Position numbers and translations under genes: made by a program
Notes under the pieces: generated by a model
Databases searched by the model: none
The model's input: only the letters and a program-made list of their open reading frames with translations
What the model was told of the DNA's origin: nothing
Part shown: positions 1 to 10,727 of the stretch, piece by piece
Numbering within the stretch: the stretch's first letter is position 1
Layout of the letters: each line of letters starts with the position of its first letter
Assembly: GCA_964415355.1 (NCBI GenBank)
Contig: CAYPYS010000006.1
Coordinates: 752-64,751 of the forward strand
Reading direction: 5' to 3'
DNA length: 64,000 bases
From: an uncultured Planctomycetia bacterium
GTDB taxonomy: Bacteria; Omnitrophota; Gorgyraeia; Gorgyraeales; Gorgyraeaceae

Positions 1-2
1 CA

Positions 3-776
3 AGGAATCGCAGAGTAAGATGGTATTCTGCAGAGCGTATCATGTCTGAGATAGAGATGCTGGTAAAAGAATTTGGAGTAAGAGAGATTTCTTTTTTCGA
101 TGATAATATGCTAGCTAACAAAAAACTTTTATCGCAGCTGTGCGAGCGCCTGATTGACGCTAGGCTGGACTTGACATGGAATTGTTACGGTAGCGCTAAT
201 TACGCGGACGAGAAGTTGTTTCGGTTAATGAGAAAGGCTGGGTGCTGGCAGATCTCGTGGGGAGTAGAACATGGAAGACAAGAAATATTAGATGTTTATA
301 GTAAGGGAATAAGGATCAGCAAAATGACTAATGCCCTTAGAGAGGCCAAGAGATCTGGTTTGCGAAACCGGGCATTTATGATGCATGGCAATTTTTTAGA
401 GACAAAAGAAACCGTAGAGGACAATATAAAATATCTTAATTCTTTACCCGTAGAAGATTTTCATGCTACATTTTTTACGCCGCTTCCTGGTACGATAGCG
501 TATGATGAAGTTGAAAAATACGGAAAATGGCTTAAGGATCCAGAAATATGGGAGAATTATGCCTGTTATACTACGTCGATATTCCTTCCGCGGGATATGG
601 AAGAAAAAGAGCTTGTCGAATCATTCAGCAGGATATACAGAAAATTTTATTTTAGACCGAGGGTCTTTTTGTATTTTGCTTTGAAGATGTTGCGTAATCC
701 CAATACGATGGCTCATATAACCAAGACAGCATTTCGTTTCATAAAGGTTTTTGGAAAGAAAAAGGCCAAACAATAA
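3..776 (+). CDS. B12-binding radical SAM protein, C-terminal part (5' truncated by window edge)
   Basis: Frame is open from base 3 (RNRRVRWYSAERIM...). Motifs FFDDN, GVEHG and FTPLPGT match the two downstream paralogs. Confidence 0.85.
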   Translation, partial: RNRRVRWYSAERIMSEIEMLVKEFGVREISFFDDNMLANKKLLSQLCERLIDARLDLTWNCYGSANYADEKLFRLMRKAGCWQISWGVEHGRQEILDVYSKGIRISKMTNALREAKRSGLRNRAFMMHGNFLETKETVEDNIKYLNSLPVEDFHATFFTPLPGTIAYDEVEKYGKWLKDPEIWENYACYTTSIFLPRDMEEKELVESFSRIYRKFYFRPRVFLYFALKMLRNPNTMAHITKTAFRFIKVFGKKKAKQ

Positions 777-777
777 T

Positions 778-2208
778 ATGAAAAAAATATCCAGGATTTT
801 ATTGATCAATCCGCCTCAGATCTCAGATGGAAAATTCCTTGACGGTTATCAAGGTACCAGGCCTGTGCTTCCACCGCTAGGGCTTGCTTATATAGCCTCG
901 TATCTAGAAAGACAAGGTTATAAGGTGGATATGTTTGATGGCATGGTAGAGTCGGCTTCTCCGCAAGAGATAGCCACTAGGACGCTTTCCTATGATATGG
1001 TAGGTATTACCTCTATAACATTTCAGGTAATTTTGACTTATAGAGTGCTTGAAGAGATAAGACGGCAGAATCCAACTATCCCTATTGTCGTAGGGGGTCC
1101 TCATGTTTCGTCTTTGCCTCTCGAGCCGATTGAAAAAGGGCTGGCGGATTTTGTAGTTATCGGAGAAGGCGAGATAGCGATGTCCCAGATAATAAAGGCG
1201 TATGAAAGCGGGGGAGATTTCTTCGCTATCCCGGGAGTAGCCTTTAAAAGAGATGGCAAGATTCATGTGCCTGATGACTCAGGCTTGGTCGATGATATAG
1301 ATTCTTTGCCTTTTCCTGCAAGGCACTTGCTTCCAATGGAAAGATATCGTACGAGTGCAGTGCGCACCAGGCGATTTCCTGCCATGTCAATGATAACCTC
1401 GCGTGGATGTCCCATGAAATGCACCTTTTGTTTTAACAATAAGCCTTATCGCAGGCGCGTAAGATTTGTCTCGGCACCTAAAATGATAGATGAGATGATG
1501 CAGCTTATAGATAAATACGGAGCGAAAGAAATACATTTTTGGGATGATAATTTTCTTATGAACAAGAATCGCATAAATGAATTTTTAAAAATTATGGAAT
1601 CACGCAAGTTATATATTCCCTTTGATTGCGAGGGTATAATAAATGCCTTTGATCCTGAAATATTGATGAGATTGAAAAAGGTAGGCTGTTACAGCGTTTC
1701 TTATGGCATAGAGTCTGGCAATCAAAGGATCCTTGATTTGATGGGGAAGCACACGACTATAAAGGAGATAAGAAGGGTAGTAAAAGAGACCAAGGCGCTG
1801 GGTCTTGATGTGAGAGGATATTTTTTATTTGGGCTTCCCACGGAGACAAGAGAAGAAATCCTCGATACTATAAGGTTTGCCAGATCGCTTAAGCTTACTG
1901 ATGCTACATTTTCTTTACTCATACCTTTGCCTGGAACCGAGATTTACGAAATGGTTAAGGACGAGTCGCAGTTTATGAAAGATTATTGGGATAAGCTTTT
2001 GCTTTCTGAGATAAGTTTTCCAAAGTCCCCTTTGGTATATTGTCCTGATGGAATAAAAGAGGAAGAGCTTTTGCATCTGCATCGATTGGCGTTCAAAAGT
2101 TTTTATTTCCAACCGCGCCAGTTATTAAATAAGATGTTCAGGTGTTTTAAGAGTTACGAAGTTTTTAAAGAGTCGCTTAAAGGGTTAAAATCTTTAGTTA
2201 AAGGATAG
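778..2208 (+). CDS. B12-binding domain radical SAM protein (class B methyltransferase-like)
   Basis: N-terminal PPLGLAYIAS...VVGGPH...GEGE cobalamin-binding domain; CPMKCTFC Fe-S motif. ATG 778 preferred over TTG 751. Confidence 0.9.
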   Translation: MKKISRILLINPPQISDGKFLDGYQGTRPVLPPLGLAYIASYLERQGYKVDMFDGMVESASPQEIATRTLSYDMVGITSITFQVILTYRVLEEIRRQNPTIPIVVGGPHVSSLPLEPIEKGLADFVVIGEGEIAMSQIIKAYESGGDFFAIPGVAFKRDGKIHVPDDSGLVDDIDSLPFPARHLLPMERYRTSAVRTRRFPAMSMITSRGCPMKCTFCFNNKPYRRRVRFVSAPKMIDEMMQLIDKYGAKEIHFWDDNFLMNKNRINEFLKIMESRKLYIPFDCEGIINAFDPEILMRLKKVGCYSVSYGIESGNQRILDLMGKHTTIKEIRRVVKETKALGLDVRGYFLFGLPTETREEILDTIRFARSLKLTDATFSLLIPLPGTEIYEMVKDESQFMKDYWDKLLLSEISFPKSPLVYCPDGIKEEELLHLHRLAFKSFYFQPRQLLNKMFRCFKSYEVFKESLKGLKSLVKG

Positions 2209-2227
2209 ATAGGTGGTATCAAGAATT

Positions 2228-3580
2228 ATGAGAGTAGCTATTATCAGACCTAGATATTATACGCATCTTGTCACGCCTCCTCTTGGTATGGGTTATGTCT
2301 GCGCTTATCTCAAACAAGCGGGTATAAAGGCAAGTATTATAGACGGCCTCAAAGAGGGGTTGGATAATGAGCAGCTTTTAAGGCGTTGCGAAGATGCGGA
2401 TATAGTAGCTATATTCTGCATGAGCGATTATATCTGGGATGTTATTGACATTAGTAAGAGATTAAAGGGTGCAGGGAAGACAGTCGTGATAGGTGGGCCT
2501 CATGCTACCATAATGCCTAAGGAGACTCTGGGACATACTGACGCAGACTATGCGATTGTTGGTGAAGGAGAAAAGAGCATGTTGGAGCTTGTGCATGCTA
2601 TAAGCAACAAGAAAGACCCTTCGACTATCCAAGGTATTTACTCGAAGGCAACGACAAGATTTTTACCCAGGGAGTTTTTTAATAACCTAGATGAAATACC
2701 TTTTCCTGCGTGGGAGGAGATTGACCCCAGGAGTTATCCGCCAGCTCCGCATGGTGCCGTAGTAAAAGCCTTCCCTGTTGCACCTATTACGTCTTCTCGC
2801 GGATGTCCTTTTTCATGTCATTTTTGCGCCAGCCCTAAGATATGGAAGCGTCAGATAAGGTATCGTTCTGCAAAGAATGTAGTGGATGAAATAGAATTAC
2901 TTGTAAAAAAATATCAGGTAAAAGAGATTCATTTTGAAGATGACAATCTTACCTTAAAGAGATCTCATGTTGAGGGCATATGTGAAGAGATTTTAAAGAG
3001 AAGGCTTAAGGTGTATTGGGCTACACCAAACGGTATACGCGTCGATGCGGTTTCAGAGGAACTTTTAAAGTTAATGAAGAGGAGCGGATGTTACAGTGTG
3101 GCCTTTGGCATAGAATCTGGTTCACAGAAAATACTAGACAATATAGATAAAAAGACAGACTTGAAGATGATGAATTCGGCCATACGAATGGCTCATAGAA
3201 CTGGTCTAATAACACAGGCCTTTATTATTTTTGGCCTTCCCGGAGAAACGCGAAAGACCATAGAAGACACAATAAAAATGGTTATGTCTTTGCCTCTGCA
3301 TAAGTCGCAATTTTTGCTCTTGGATCTCTTGCCCGGGTCTGTTCTATGGGATAGGTTTGGAAATGGCGATATAGAACTGTTCAAAAAAAGGAGTTATCAA
3401 GAGCCTGGATTTATACCTGAAGGCCTTACAGCGGATTATCTTATTAAGGCAAGGACCCAGGCATTCAGAAGGTTTCATTTAAGGCCAAGACAGTTTTGCA
3501 TGATCCTTAGAATGTTAAAGATGAAACAAATTGGGTATATTATGCAAAGGATGAAGGATTTTTATATATTCGGAAAATAA
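2228..3580 (+). CDS. B12-binding domain radical SAM protein
   Basis: PPLGMGY, IGGPHAT, GEGE and SRGCPFSCHFC motifs. Confidence 0.9.
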   Translation: MRVAIIRPRYYTHLVTPPLGMGYVCAYLKQAGIKASIIDGLKEGLDNEQLLRRCEDADIVAIFCMSDYIWDVIDISKRLKGAGKTVVIGGPHATIMPKETLGHTDADYAIVGEGEKSMLELVHAISNKKDPSTIQGIYSKATTRFLPREFFNNLDEIPFPAWEEIDPRSYPPAPHGAVVKAFPVAPITSSRGCPFSCHFCASPKIWKRQIRYRSAKNVVDEIELLVKKYQVKEIHFEDDNLTLKRSHVEGICEEILKRRLKVYWATPNGIRVDAVSEELLKLMKRSGCYSVAFGIESGSQKILDNIDKKTDLKMMNSAIRMAHRTGLITQAFIIFGLPGETRKTIEDTIKMVMSLPLHKSQFLLLDLLPGSVLWDRFGNGDIELFKKRSYQEPGFIPEGLTADYLIKARTQAFRRFHLRPRQFCMILRMLKMKQIGYIMQRMKDFYIFGK

Positions 3581-3587
3581 CAAGGCC

Positions 3588-3628
3588 CTTAAGTTTACAT
3601 TTCAACGTTGTTGAAATGTAAACTTAAG
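3588..3628 (+). repeat. Family A 41-bp palindrome, perfect copy (GTT loop)
   Basis: CTTAAGTTTACATTTCAAC gtt GTTGAAATGTAAACTTAAG; 19-bp perfect arms. Confidence 0.97.
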
Positions 3629-3641
3629 AAGATGAATTACG

Positions 3642-4844
3642 ATGAAGATAGCTTTAGTTGTAGATTGGCATTCGGAAAAGATGGGGTATTCTGATAATTT
3701 TTTACCTAAGGCCTTGGCTTCTTTGGGGCATGAGGTTCATCTGATAAGCTCTAATGGCCAGGTGTATTTTACCTCGTCTATTTACAAGGATGTCTTTGAA
3801 CCTTTTTTAGGGCCTCCGATCGTGGATTGCGGTGTGGAGGAACGCGATGGCTATACATTGCATCGTTTACCGCATGCTACTTTTAGAGGAAAAATGCGGA
3901 TAAAGGGCCTTGCGAAGAAATTACGCACGCTGCGACCAGATATAGTGCAAGCTGGCGAATTTACCTGTCTAACAACTTATGAGGCAGCATTTTTAAAGAA
4001 GATGCTAGGATATAAGTTTTTTGTAGAATGTCACGTGCACGCATCTGTTTTTCCTCCAGCTAATGGAATAGCAAGCGCAAAAGAGCGTTTTTATTGGAAT
4101 ATGTACGCCGCCACTATTGGCAAGATGGTAAACCATATGTCTGAGAGATGTTATCCCATAAGCACTGATGCTGCCGACATATTAGCTAAATTTTTTGGAA
4201 TTCAAAAAAATAAGATTGCTATAAGATCTTTAGGGGTAGATACGGATTTATTTAAACCTGTTTCTGATGAGGTTTCTAGGCAGAGACGTAGCAAGATTAG
4301 GAAAGAGCTTGGTTTTTCGGATTCGGATATTGTATGCGTATATACCGGGCGTTTCGAGTCATGCAAGAATCCTTTGTGTCTTGCGCATGCAATAAAAAAG
4401 CTTGCGGCTATAGGGGAGCCTTTTCGGGGTTTATTTATAGGATGTGGTAGCGAGGTTAACAGAGATAAGATATCGGATTCTTCATGCTGTATTACGCATC
4501 CTTTTGTTCCAGTGAAAGAATTACCCAAATTTTATCAGGCTGGCGATATAGCTGTTTGGCCTAAGCAAGAATCAACTAGCCAACTTGACGCAGCAGCATG
4601 TGGCTTACCCCTAATACTTAGCGATAAAGTAAAAGTAAAAGAACGCATAGAGGGCAATGGACTGACTTACAGGGAGGACGACATTGAGGATATGATTCGC
4701 CAATTGCTTGTTCTTCGTGATCCTGTATTACGTCAGAAAATGGGTGCTTGCGGTGCTGATAAAATGCGTAGGTCGTTTAGCTGGCATAACATTGCCAAAG
4801 AATACGCGACTGATTACGAAGATGCCTTGAGGAAAACAGGATGA
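3642..4844 (+). CDS. GT4 family glycosyltransferase
   Basis: GT-B features: GHEVHLI, GVDTDLFKP, YTGRF..KN, LDAAACGLP. Confidence 0.85.
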   Translation: MKIALVVDWHSEKMGYSDNFLPKALASLGHEVHLISSNGQVYFTSSIYKDVFEPFLGPPIVDCGVEERDGYTLHRLPHATFRGKMRIKGLAKKLRTLRPDIVQAGEFTCLTTYEAAFLKKMLGYKFFVECHVHASVFPPANGIASAKERFYWNMYAATIGKMVNHMSERCYPISTDAADILAKFFGIQKNKIAIRSLGVDTDLFKPVSDEVSRQRRSKIRKELGFSDSDIVCVYTGRFESCKNPLCLAHAIKKLAAIGEPFRGLFIGCGSEVNRDKISDSSCCITHPFVPVKELPKFYQAGDIAVWPKQESTSQLDAAACGLPLILSDKVKVKERIEGNGLTYREDDIEDMIRQLLVLRDPVLRQKMGACGADKMRRSFSWHNIAKEYATDYEDALRKTG

Positions 4845-5929
4845 AAAAGAAGATTGTTATAGCAGGAGGGGCACGGCCGAATTTTATAAAAATAGTCCCG
4901 CTTATAAGAGAATTTAAAAGATATAAGAAGCATTTTGATGTTTTATTCGTGCACACCGGACAACATTATGATTTTACTATGTCAGAAATATTTTTTCAGG
5001 ACCTATGTATTCCTAAACCTGATGTTTTTTTGAACGCGGGATCTTCGTCTCATGCTATTCAGACGGCCAAGATTATGATGGGCTTCGAGAGGGTTCTTAT
5101 AAAAGAGAAACCTGATCTAATAGTCGTTGTCGGAGACGTTAATTCTACATTGGCGTGTTCTTTGGTTGCGTCAAAATTAAACATCAAGATAGCTCATGTA
5201 GAATCAGGGTTGAGGAGTTTTGATAAAACAATGCCCGAGGAGATCAATCGCATAGTTACAGATAGTCTCTCGGACTATTTATTCGTAACTGAAAAAAGCG
5301 GGATGGAAAATTTAAAGAAAGAAGGAATCGATAAAAAAAAGATATTTTTTGTAGGCAATGTAATGATAGATACATTACTGTTGAACATGCGCAAGATAGA
5401 CAAATCCGATATCCTTAAACAGTTTTCTTTAAGGCCTGATTCTTATGGCGTTTTGACTCTTCATAGACCCAGTAATGTTGACACAGAGGATTCATTTCTT
5501 GAGATATACGCTATTTTAAAATCTCTTTTAGGCAAAATAAGGATAATTTATCCTGTCCATCCACGTTCCATGCGAATGATGAGATCGTACGGTATTTTAG
5601 GCAAGTTCAAAAAGCTAAATAACCTTTGCATGACGAAGCCACTTGGTTACGTCGATTTTATTAAGTTGATAAAAAAATCCAGTTTTGTCCTTACTGATTC
5701 AGGAGGGATACAAGAAGAGGCTGCTTTTATGAGGACTTCCTGTCTTACGTTAAGGGAAAATACAGAACGGCCCGCTACTTTAAAAGGCACAAATTATTTA
5801 GTAGGTAGAAATAAAGATAAGATACTCAGACACGTGAAAAATATATTGAACGGCAAAATAAAAGATGGCAAAATCCCCGAATTATGGGATGGCAAGGCAG
5901 CACGCAGAATAGCCAAGATTCTAATATGA
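4841..5929 (+). CDS. wecB: UDP-N-acetylglucosamine 2-epimerase (non-hydrolysing)
   Basis: GARPNFIK, HTGQHYD, HVESGLRS, PEEINR and TDSGGIQEE motifs. Confidence 0.93.
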   Translation: MKKKIVIAGGARPNFIKIVPLIREFKRYKKHFDVLFVHTGQHYDFTMSEIFFQDLCIPKPDVFLNAGSSSHAIQTAKIMMGFERVLIKEKPDLIVVVGDVNSTLACSLVASKLNIKIAHVESGLRSFDKTMPEEINRIVTDSLSDYLFVTEKSGMENLKKEGIDKKKIFFVGNVMIDTLLLNMRKIDKSDILKQFSLRPDSYGVLTLHRPSNVDTEDSFLEIYAILKSLLGKIRIIYPVHPRSMRMMRSYGILGKFKKLNNLCMTKPLGYVDFIKLIKKSSFVLTDSGGIQEEAAFMRTSCLTLRENTERPATLKGTNYLVGRNKDKILRHVKNILNGKIKDGKIPELWDGKAARRIAKILI

Positions 5930-6954
5930 TAGACACAGAAAAGACATTTCTAGAGATGACTAGTTCTTATGAAAATAGCAGATCAAAGGATATGACTTCC
6001 AAATATTGGACAGAGCTAAACAGGAAAAATATAGATCAATTGCAAAGAGAAGGATATTGCAATTTTAAACAAACCGTAGGTAAAAATTATTTTATATGGG
6101 CGACAAGAATACGAGACCCTAAGATTAGATACTTGATGAATAATCTGCCGCTTTCATGCGTGTCGTCGGCTTTTGCTAAGGCGCTTTTTTCAAAAAGACA
6201 TATATATTTTAGTTTAAAAGGTACAATCGTCTATAATTTTCTCAGTCTTTTGCTATGGGAATACACGATAAGAAAAATATCTTTTAACATGGTAGATTCC
6301 ATCGAAGAACCGCTGGAGGGTAACCCTCCTTGTGTCAGAGTAGGTCGTAGGATGATTTCCCAGGACTTGGCTTATTCCGTATTGGAGCTTAATGAAATGA
6401 TAAAAGGAGGCGTAGATTTTAATAGCATAAATACGGTAATGGAGTTAGGCGCAGGGTATGGCAGGACAGCGTATGTTTTTCTTAAGGCATTCCCGCATTT
6501 GAAATATATAGTAGCGGATATTCCCCCAGCGCTTTACATTTCCCAGAGGTACTTATCAGGTCAATTCCCGCATAGAAAGATATTTGAATTCAAAAATTTT
6601 AAAGATTATTCAGAAATCGCGGATGAGTTTGAAGAATCGCAGATAGCTTTTGTGTTACCGTCACAGTTGGAATTGTTGCCAACTAAGACAGTAGACATGT
6701 TTTTGGCTATAGATTCACTTCATGAAATGCTGCCAAAACATATAGAGTATTATTTTAATAATATAGATAGACTTACAAAAAAGTTTTTCTATTTTAAATG
6801 CTGGAAGATAACAGAGATGCTCTACGATGATATCGTGCTTAAGGAAACAGACTATCCTGTACGCGAGAACTGGTACAGGGTGTTTTGGAACGAATGCGAT
6901 GTGCTTACTTCATATTTTGAAGCGCTTTTCAGGATTGATAATGGAGGGAATTAA
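5926..6954 (+). CDS. Putative sugar O-methyltransferase
   Basis: ELGAGYGRTA SAM motif, DIPPALY..Q.YL and DSLHEM; ATGA overlap with the wecB stop. Confidence 0.75.
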   Translation: MIDTEKTFLEMTSSYENSRSKDMTSKYWTELNRKNIDQLQREGYCNFKQTVGKNYFIWATRIRDPKIRYLMNNLPLSCVSSAFAKALFSKRHIYFSLKGTIVYNFLSLLLWEYTIRKISFNMVDSIEEPLEGNPPCVRVGRRMISQDLAYSVLELNEMIKGGVDFNSINTVMELGAGYGRTAYVFLKAFPHLKYIVADIPPALYISQRYLSGQFPHRKIFEFKNFKDYSEIADEFEESQIAFVLPSQLELLPTKTVDMFLAIDSLHEMLPKHIEYYFNNIDRLTKKFFYFKCWKITEMLYDDIVLKETDYPVRENWYRVFWNECDVLTSYFEALFRIDNGGN

Positions 6955-8171
6955 TGAAAGAATGCTTGGTTTGTAGAACGCTTATAGAGCCTTTTATGTC
7001 TTTCGGAAAGATGCCTATTGCGAACGGATTCTTGAAGAAAGACCAGTTTGGCGAGGAATACTTTTTTGAACTAAAGGTTGCTTCTTGTCCTGAGTGCGGC
7101 ATGTTTCAGCTTATAGAGCAACCTGACCGCACTAAAATGTTTAACGAAAACTACGCCTTTTTTTCAGGGACATCAAAAAATATGGCTGTTCATTTCCAGG
7201 AGTTTGCAAAACATCTGAAGGGCGATTATCTCTCTTCTAAAGATCCTTTTGTGGTAGAGGTAGGCAGTAATGATGGTATTATGCTGAAGAATTTTGTTGA
7301 TTCAGGAATACGTCACTTAGGGATTGAGCCGTCTGCTAATGTGGCCAAAGCAGCAACGGATAAAGGTATAAATACGATATGTAAGTTTTTTGACGAAGAA
7401 TGTGCCAAGGAGATCGTAGCTAAGCATGGTCAGGCAGATGCCTTTCTTGGTGCAAATGTCATGTGCCATATCCCCTATCTCCATTCTGTGATCAAAGGAG
7501 CCAAGATACTTATTAAGCCAAAAGGCGTGATGATATTTGAAGATCCTTATCTGGGAGATGTCATTGAGAAAACGACGTATGACCAGATTTACGATGAGCA
7601 CGTTTTTTTGTTTTCCGTTTCCTCTATTAAGAATCTTTTTGCGCGACATGATATGGAGCTGATAGACATAGAGCCACAAGAGACACATGGAGGATCGATG
7701 CGCTATATAATAGCGAACAAAGGAAAAAGGCCTGTGTCTGCTAGAGTCAATAGACAGCTGGAAGAAGAAAAGGCTTTGGGCTTGGATAGGGCAGAGACAT
7801 ATGATATGTTTCGCAAAAATTGTGAACGCTATCGCAATGAGCTTATGGGTCTTCTGCGTGACATAAAGAAAAAAGGAAAAAGGATCGTAGGCTATGCGGC
7901 TACATCAAAAAGCACTACTATAATGAATTATTGTGGTATCACTGAGGACCATATAGAGTTTATAAGCGATACTACGCCTTTGAAGCAGGGTAAATTCAGC
8001 CCGGGTGTCCATATACCCGTGCGACCATATGAAGATTTTAAGGCAGATTACCCGGATTATGCGCTTCTGTTTGCTTATAATCACGCTAAAGAGATTATGG
8101 CAAAAGAAAAGGATTTTATGGTCTCAGGCGGGAAGTGGATTACATATGTGCCAAAGGTGCAGATATTATAG
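6954..8171 (+). CDS. NDP-sugar C-methyltransferase (TcaB9/EryBIII/NovU-like)
   Basis: Zn-binding CxxC...CxxC, EVGSNDG, YDQIYDEH, THGGSMR and GYAATSKS motifs. Confidence 0.88.
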   Translation: MKECLVCRTLIEPFMSFGKMPIANGFLKKDQFGEEYFFELKVASCPECGMFQLIEQPDRTKMFNENYAFFSGTSKNMAVHFQEFAKHLKGDYLSSKDPFVVEVGSNDGIMLKNFVDSGIRHLGIEPSANVAKAATDKGINTICKFFDEECAKEIVAKHGQADAFLGANVMCHIPYLHSVIKGAKILIKPKGVMIFEDPYLGDVIEKTTYDQIYDEHVFLFSVSSIKNLFARHDMELIDIEPQETHGGSMRYIIANKGKRPVSARVNRQLEEEKALGLDRAETYDMFRKNCERYRNELMGLLRDIKKKGKRIVGYAATSKSTTIMNYCGITEDHIEFISDTTPLKQGKFSPGVHIPVRPYEDFKADYPDYALLFAYNHAKEIMAKEKDFMVSGGKWITYVPKVQIL

Positions 8172-8185
8172 ATTAAATGACAGTG

Positions 8186-8226
8186 CTTAAGTTTACATTT
8201 CAACAACGTTGAAATGTAAACTTAAG
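8186..8226 (-). repeat. Family A palindrome, perfect copy (AAC loop, opposite orientation)
   Basis: CTTAAGTTTACATTTCAAC aac GTTGAAATGTAAACTTAAG. Confidence 0.97.
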
Positions 8227-8249
8227 CGAGTTGGGAGGGATTTTAGCTG

Positions 8250-8696
8250 ATGATAGAAGGTGTTGAGGTTAAGGAGTCAGTTGTACATAGAGATGGTAGG
8301 GGTTTTTTCTGCGAGATAATAAGGCGCTCGGATGATTTTTTTCAGGGCAGGTTCGGTCAGCTTAGCCATTCAATGGCGCATAAGGGAGTATTTAAGGCTT
8401 GGCATATGCATAAGAAACAGACTGACTGGATGTATGTTGCTACAGGAGATATTAAGCTAGCCTTATACGATACACGGAAAGATTCCAAGACAAAAGGAAG
8501 ATTGCAGGAGATGCTAATTGGAGAGACGCATGGTCACAAGGTCATAAAAATCCCACCAGGCGTAGCTCATGGTTACAAAATAATAAATGGACCGATGCAC
8601 ATCGTGTATGTGACAGATAGGGAATATGACCCTGGGGATGAATTAAGGATATCGCATGATGACCCGGAAATTGGGTATGATTGGGTGTCTGATTAG
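8250..8696 (+). CDS. dTDP-4-dehydrorhamnose 3,5-epimerase family (RmlC-like cupin)
   Basis: HRDGRGFFCE, KAWHMH and IPPGVAHGY motifs. Confidence 0.85.
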   Translation: MIEGVEVKESVVHRDGRGFFCEIIRRSDDFFQGRFGQLSHSMAHKGVFKAWHMHKKQTDWMYVATGDIKLALYDTRKDSKTKGRLQEMLIGETHGHKVIKIPPGVAHGYKIINGPMHIVYVTDREYDPGDELRISHDDPEIGYDWVSD

Positions 8697-8700
8697 ATCT

Positions 8701-9696
8701 ATGGCTAAAAAAAGTAATAATTATTATAAAAATAAAAACATACTTATTACGGGCGGAAGTGGATATCTAGGGAGTTCTCTTGTAAACGCGTTAAGCCTTA
8801 TTCCGTGCAGGATTACTGTTTTAGACCTGAAACCTGATGCCGTGCGCTCGGTTAAAGATCAGGCTGCAGATATAACATTCAAAGAAGGCGATATCAAGTG
8901 TGAAAAAATATGGTTTAAATACCTGAAAGACATTGATATTATTTTTCACTTTGCAGCCCAGACAAGTTCGCGTATCGCCAATGAAAATCCTATAAGCGAT
9001 CTTAGGAGCAATCTTTTGCCTGTAGTGAACCTTGTCGAGACATGTCATAAAAATGGATTTAAGCCTGATATAATATTTGCTGGCACTGTTACAGAAGCAG
9101 GCCTTACTAATAAGTTGCCAGTTAATGAGAATTTTAAAGATAGACCTATAACGGTATATGATATAAATAAACTCGCTGCCGAGAAGTATCTCCAGTATTA
9201 TGCTAATCAAATAGGAGGGAAGTCTGTGACACTAAGGCTAGCAAATCTGTATGGCCCAGGCACTGCTTGTGCTAGCGTAGATAGAGGCATACTTAACTTG
9301 ATGGTCAGAAAAGCGCTTAAAGGAGAAGGGCTGACTGTTTATGGGGACGGTGCTTTTATAAGAGATTATACGTATATAGATGATGTGGTAGTGGCATTTC
9401 TATTGGCAGGAATAAATATAAATGTTTTATCCGGAAGATATTGTGTTCTCGGTACTGGCGTTGGGCATTCTATCAAGGATATGGCAAATATGATCAAAGA
9501 AGAGGTTTTTGATATGACGAGAAAGGAAACCGTAATCAATTACGTTTCTCCAGACAAAGACCTTGCACCTATCGAAACCAGAAATTTTATAGCTGACACT
9601 ACTTCTTTTAAGGAAGCAACGGGGTGGGTTTCGAAAATAGATCTAAGAAGCGGTATTAGGCAGACGATAGATTATTTTTTAAAGGAGAAGATATAG
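8701..9696 (+). CDS. NAD-dependent epimerase/dehydratase
   Basis: ITGGSGYLG, YDINK (YxxxK) and RLANLYGP. Confidence 0.88.
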   Translation: MAKKSNNYYKNKNILITGGSGYLGSSLVNALSLIPCRITVLDLKPDAVRSVKDQAADITFKEGDIKCEKIWFKYLKDIDIIFHFAAQTSSRIANENPISDLRSNLLPVVNLVETCHKNGFKPDIIFAGTVTEAGLTNKLPVNENFKDRPITVYDINKLAAEKYLQYYANQIGGKSVTLRLANLYGPGTACASVDRGILNLMVRKALKGEGLTVYGDGAFIRDYTYIDDVVVAFLLAGININVLSGRYCVLGTGVGHSIKDMANMIKEEVFDMTRKETVINYVSPDKDLAPIETRNFIADTTSFKEATGWVSKIDLRSGIRQTIDYFLKEKI

Positions 9697-10664
9697 TGGA
9701 TATATTAATATTAGGAGGCGCTGGGTTTTTAGGGAGTAATTTGGTCAGGAGGTGCCTAAAGGAGCCCGGGAATAGAGTAACTGTCGTGGACTCTTTGGAT
9801 CCCAGGCTAAAAAGCACGTCTGATAATTTGAGAGAAGTTTTACAGCAGATAGAATTTATCAAAGGTGACATGAGGGATTCTGTATTAATGGGAAGGATTG
9901 TAAAAGGCAAAGATGCTATTTTTAATTGCGCAGGCCAAACCTCCCATCCATTATCGTTGACAGATCCATTTTTTGATGTCGAGGTGAATTGCGCGGGCAA
10001 TCTCACGCTTTTAGAAGCCGTAAGGAAATACAATAAAGAAGTGCCCGTGGTCTATACATCAAGCAGTACTGTTATAGGAAAGACACAGGGAGAGGTTGTG
10101 GATGAGACGCATGGCGAATTTCCGCTGGATATCTATTCAGCCAATAAAGGCGTAGCAGAGAAATATTACCGTATTTATAACCGCGTTTATGATTTAAATA
10201 CGCTGTCGCTTCGCTTTGCCAATCTCTACGGCCCCTATGGGAAAGGTTATCCCGAATTTGGGTTTATAAATTATTTTATTGCGTTGGCAATGGCAGACAA
10301 GGATATAGAGATTTTTGGGGAGGGCAGTCAGAATCGAAATGTCATGTACGTCGAAGACGCTGTGGAGCTCATTTATAGATCTATATCGCATAAGGAGATC
10401 TTCGGCAATGTCTATTTTGCAGTGCACAGGGAACATTATTCTGTTTTGGATATCGCAAGGGAGATCGTCTCTGTCTTTAAGAAAGGGAATATTAGAAAAA
10501 TAGCATGGCCTGATGTACGCAAGAGAATAGAGATAGATAATGTAATAATTTCTGCGGAAAAGCTTTGTTATGATATGAAATTTGAACCGAGATATAATCT
10601 CAAAGAAGGGCTTCTTAAGACAAGAGAGATTTTAGAAAAAAATGCACTAATTGAATCTTCTTAA
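9696..10664 (+). CDS. NAD-dependent epimerase/dehydratase
   Basis: LGGAGFLGS, YSANK and RFANLYGP; the stop TAA lies inside a family A copy. Confidence 0.88.
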   Translation: MDILILGGAGFLGSNLVRRCLKEPGNRVTVVDSLDPRLKSTSDNLREVLQQIEFIKGDMRDSVLMGRIVKGKDAIFNCAGQTSHPLSLTDPFFDVEVNCAGNLTLLEAVRKYNKEVPVVYTSSSTVIGKTQGEVVDETHGEFPLDIYSANKGVAEKYYRIYNRVYDLNTLSLRFANLYGPYGKGYPEFGFINYFIALAMADKDIEIFGEGSQNRNVMYVEDAVELIYRSISHKEIFGNVYFAVHREHYSVLDIAREIVSVFKKGNIRKIAWPDVRKRIEIDNVIISAEKLCYDMKFEPRYNLKEGLLKTREILEKNALIESS

Positions 10665-10700
10665 GTTTACATTTCAACGTTGTTGAAATGTAAACTTAAG
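10660..10700 (+). repeat. Family A palindrome, perfect copy (GTT loop)
   Basis: Exact 41-mer; TAA 10662-10664 is the upstream stop. Confidence 0.97.
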
Positions 10701-10727
10701 TCAGAAGCGTAACCAGGGAGGCATTTT